Of a stretch of DNA of 64,000 nucleotides, positions 63,443-64,000 are shown piece after piece. The notes under the pieces were generated by a model that made no database searches, had not been told where the DNA came from, and saw only the letters and a list, made by a program, of their open reading frames with translations. A program made the translations under genes and the position numbers. Numbering within the stretch: the stretch's first letter is position 1; every line of letters starts with the position of its first letter. This DNA comes from an uncultured Nitrososphaeraceae archaeon (GTDB lineage Archaea; Thermoproteota; Nitrososphaeria; Nitrososphaerales; Nitrososphaeraceae): the NCBI GenBank assembly GCA_963729045.1, contig CAVSMN010000015.1:1-64000 (forward strand), written 5' to 3'.

Positions 63443-64000
63443 ATGACTGAAATTAATAATGCACAAGTCGTTGATAAATGTATAACATCAAATCCAAAAA
63501 GGTGGTTGGTGTGTAGCAAAAGTGTAAAGGGAGCATTACATTCACGAACTGGTAATTCGAATCAAGATTCAATTCGATGGAAACAATCTCACACCTCCAA
63601 TACCATAGTCATGTCGGTTGCCGATGGACATGGGAGCGATATACATTTTAGGAGCAAAATCGGTTCACAAATTGCAGTCAAAATTGCAGTTGAAACTTTA
63701 TTTGAACTATTTCATAATCAACCAATTGAAATTAATAATGTTTCTCAGGTAAAGGATATTATTAGATATTCTGTACCGCGCATATTAGTTCATAACTGGA
63801 TGGATCGAGTCCAATATCATATGCAGAAACATCCTTTTTCAAATAACGAGATTGACCACATATTGAAAAAGAAAGGCCCACTCATATTAAAAAAAATAAT
63901 TGACAATCCAAAGATCGCTTATGGATCCACGCTATTAACTGCAGTTATTACAAAAAACTATTTCATATTTTTTCAACTTGGTGATGGTAACATATTGATA
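63443..64000 (+). CDS. PP2C-like phosphatase (YegK type), truncated by the window end
   Basis: open frame MTEINN...SVKGALH...NQDS...VADGHGS..HFRSKIGS...YGSTLL...QLGDG. Confidence 0.92.
   Translation, partial: MTEINNAQVVDKCITSNPKRWLVCSKSVKGALHSRTGNSNQDSIRWKQSHTSNTIVMSVADGHGSDIHFRSKIGSQIAVKIAVETLFELFHNQPIEINNVSQVKDIIRYSVPRILVHNWMDRVQYHMQKHPFSNNEIDHILKKKGPLILKKIIDNPKIAYGSTLLTAVITKNYFIFFQLGDGNILI

Overview
AT-rich chromosomal segment of an ammonia-oxidising archaeon (Nitrososphaerales; probably Ca. Nitrosocosmicus-like, which is an inference). The assignment rests on a 4-hydroxybutyryl-CoA dehydratase, an archaeal histone, a thermosome, L32e/L19e/S17e/Spt5, type II GAPDH, a secreted cupredoxin and intron-containing tRNAs. 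Most of the window is housekeeping: guaB, purA, guaA, pyrF, apt, mtnP, sucCD, trpGD, argF, pckA, sod, ftsY, uppS. Three accessory tracts stand out. (1) About 120-4800 holds a bacterial-type formyltransferase/beta-propeller gene, a methyltransferase and a DUF421 gene, bracketed by tRNA-3'-like motifs and ending in a strongly base-paired non-coding segment. (2) About 17150-21550 is a decayed island with two IS6 remnants, a ferritin pseudogene, a C2H2 zinc-finger gene and a tRNA-like fragment at its edge. (3) Just past the SRP RNA gene lies an apparently intact TerY-phosphorylation triad (vWA, Ser/Thr kinase, PP2C) that runs off the end of the window. RNA genes read directly from the sequence are tRNA-Cys(GCA) with one intron, tRNA-Gln(CUG) with three introns (10/11, 21/22, 37/38) and the SRP 7S RNA. 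Many core genes carry single-base frameshifts, most likely long-read assembly errors. All product calls come from motif recognition by eye; no database search was run.
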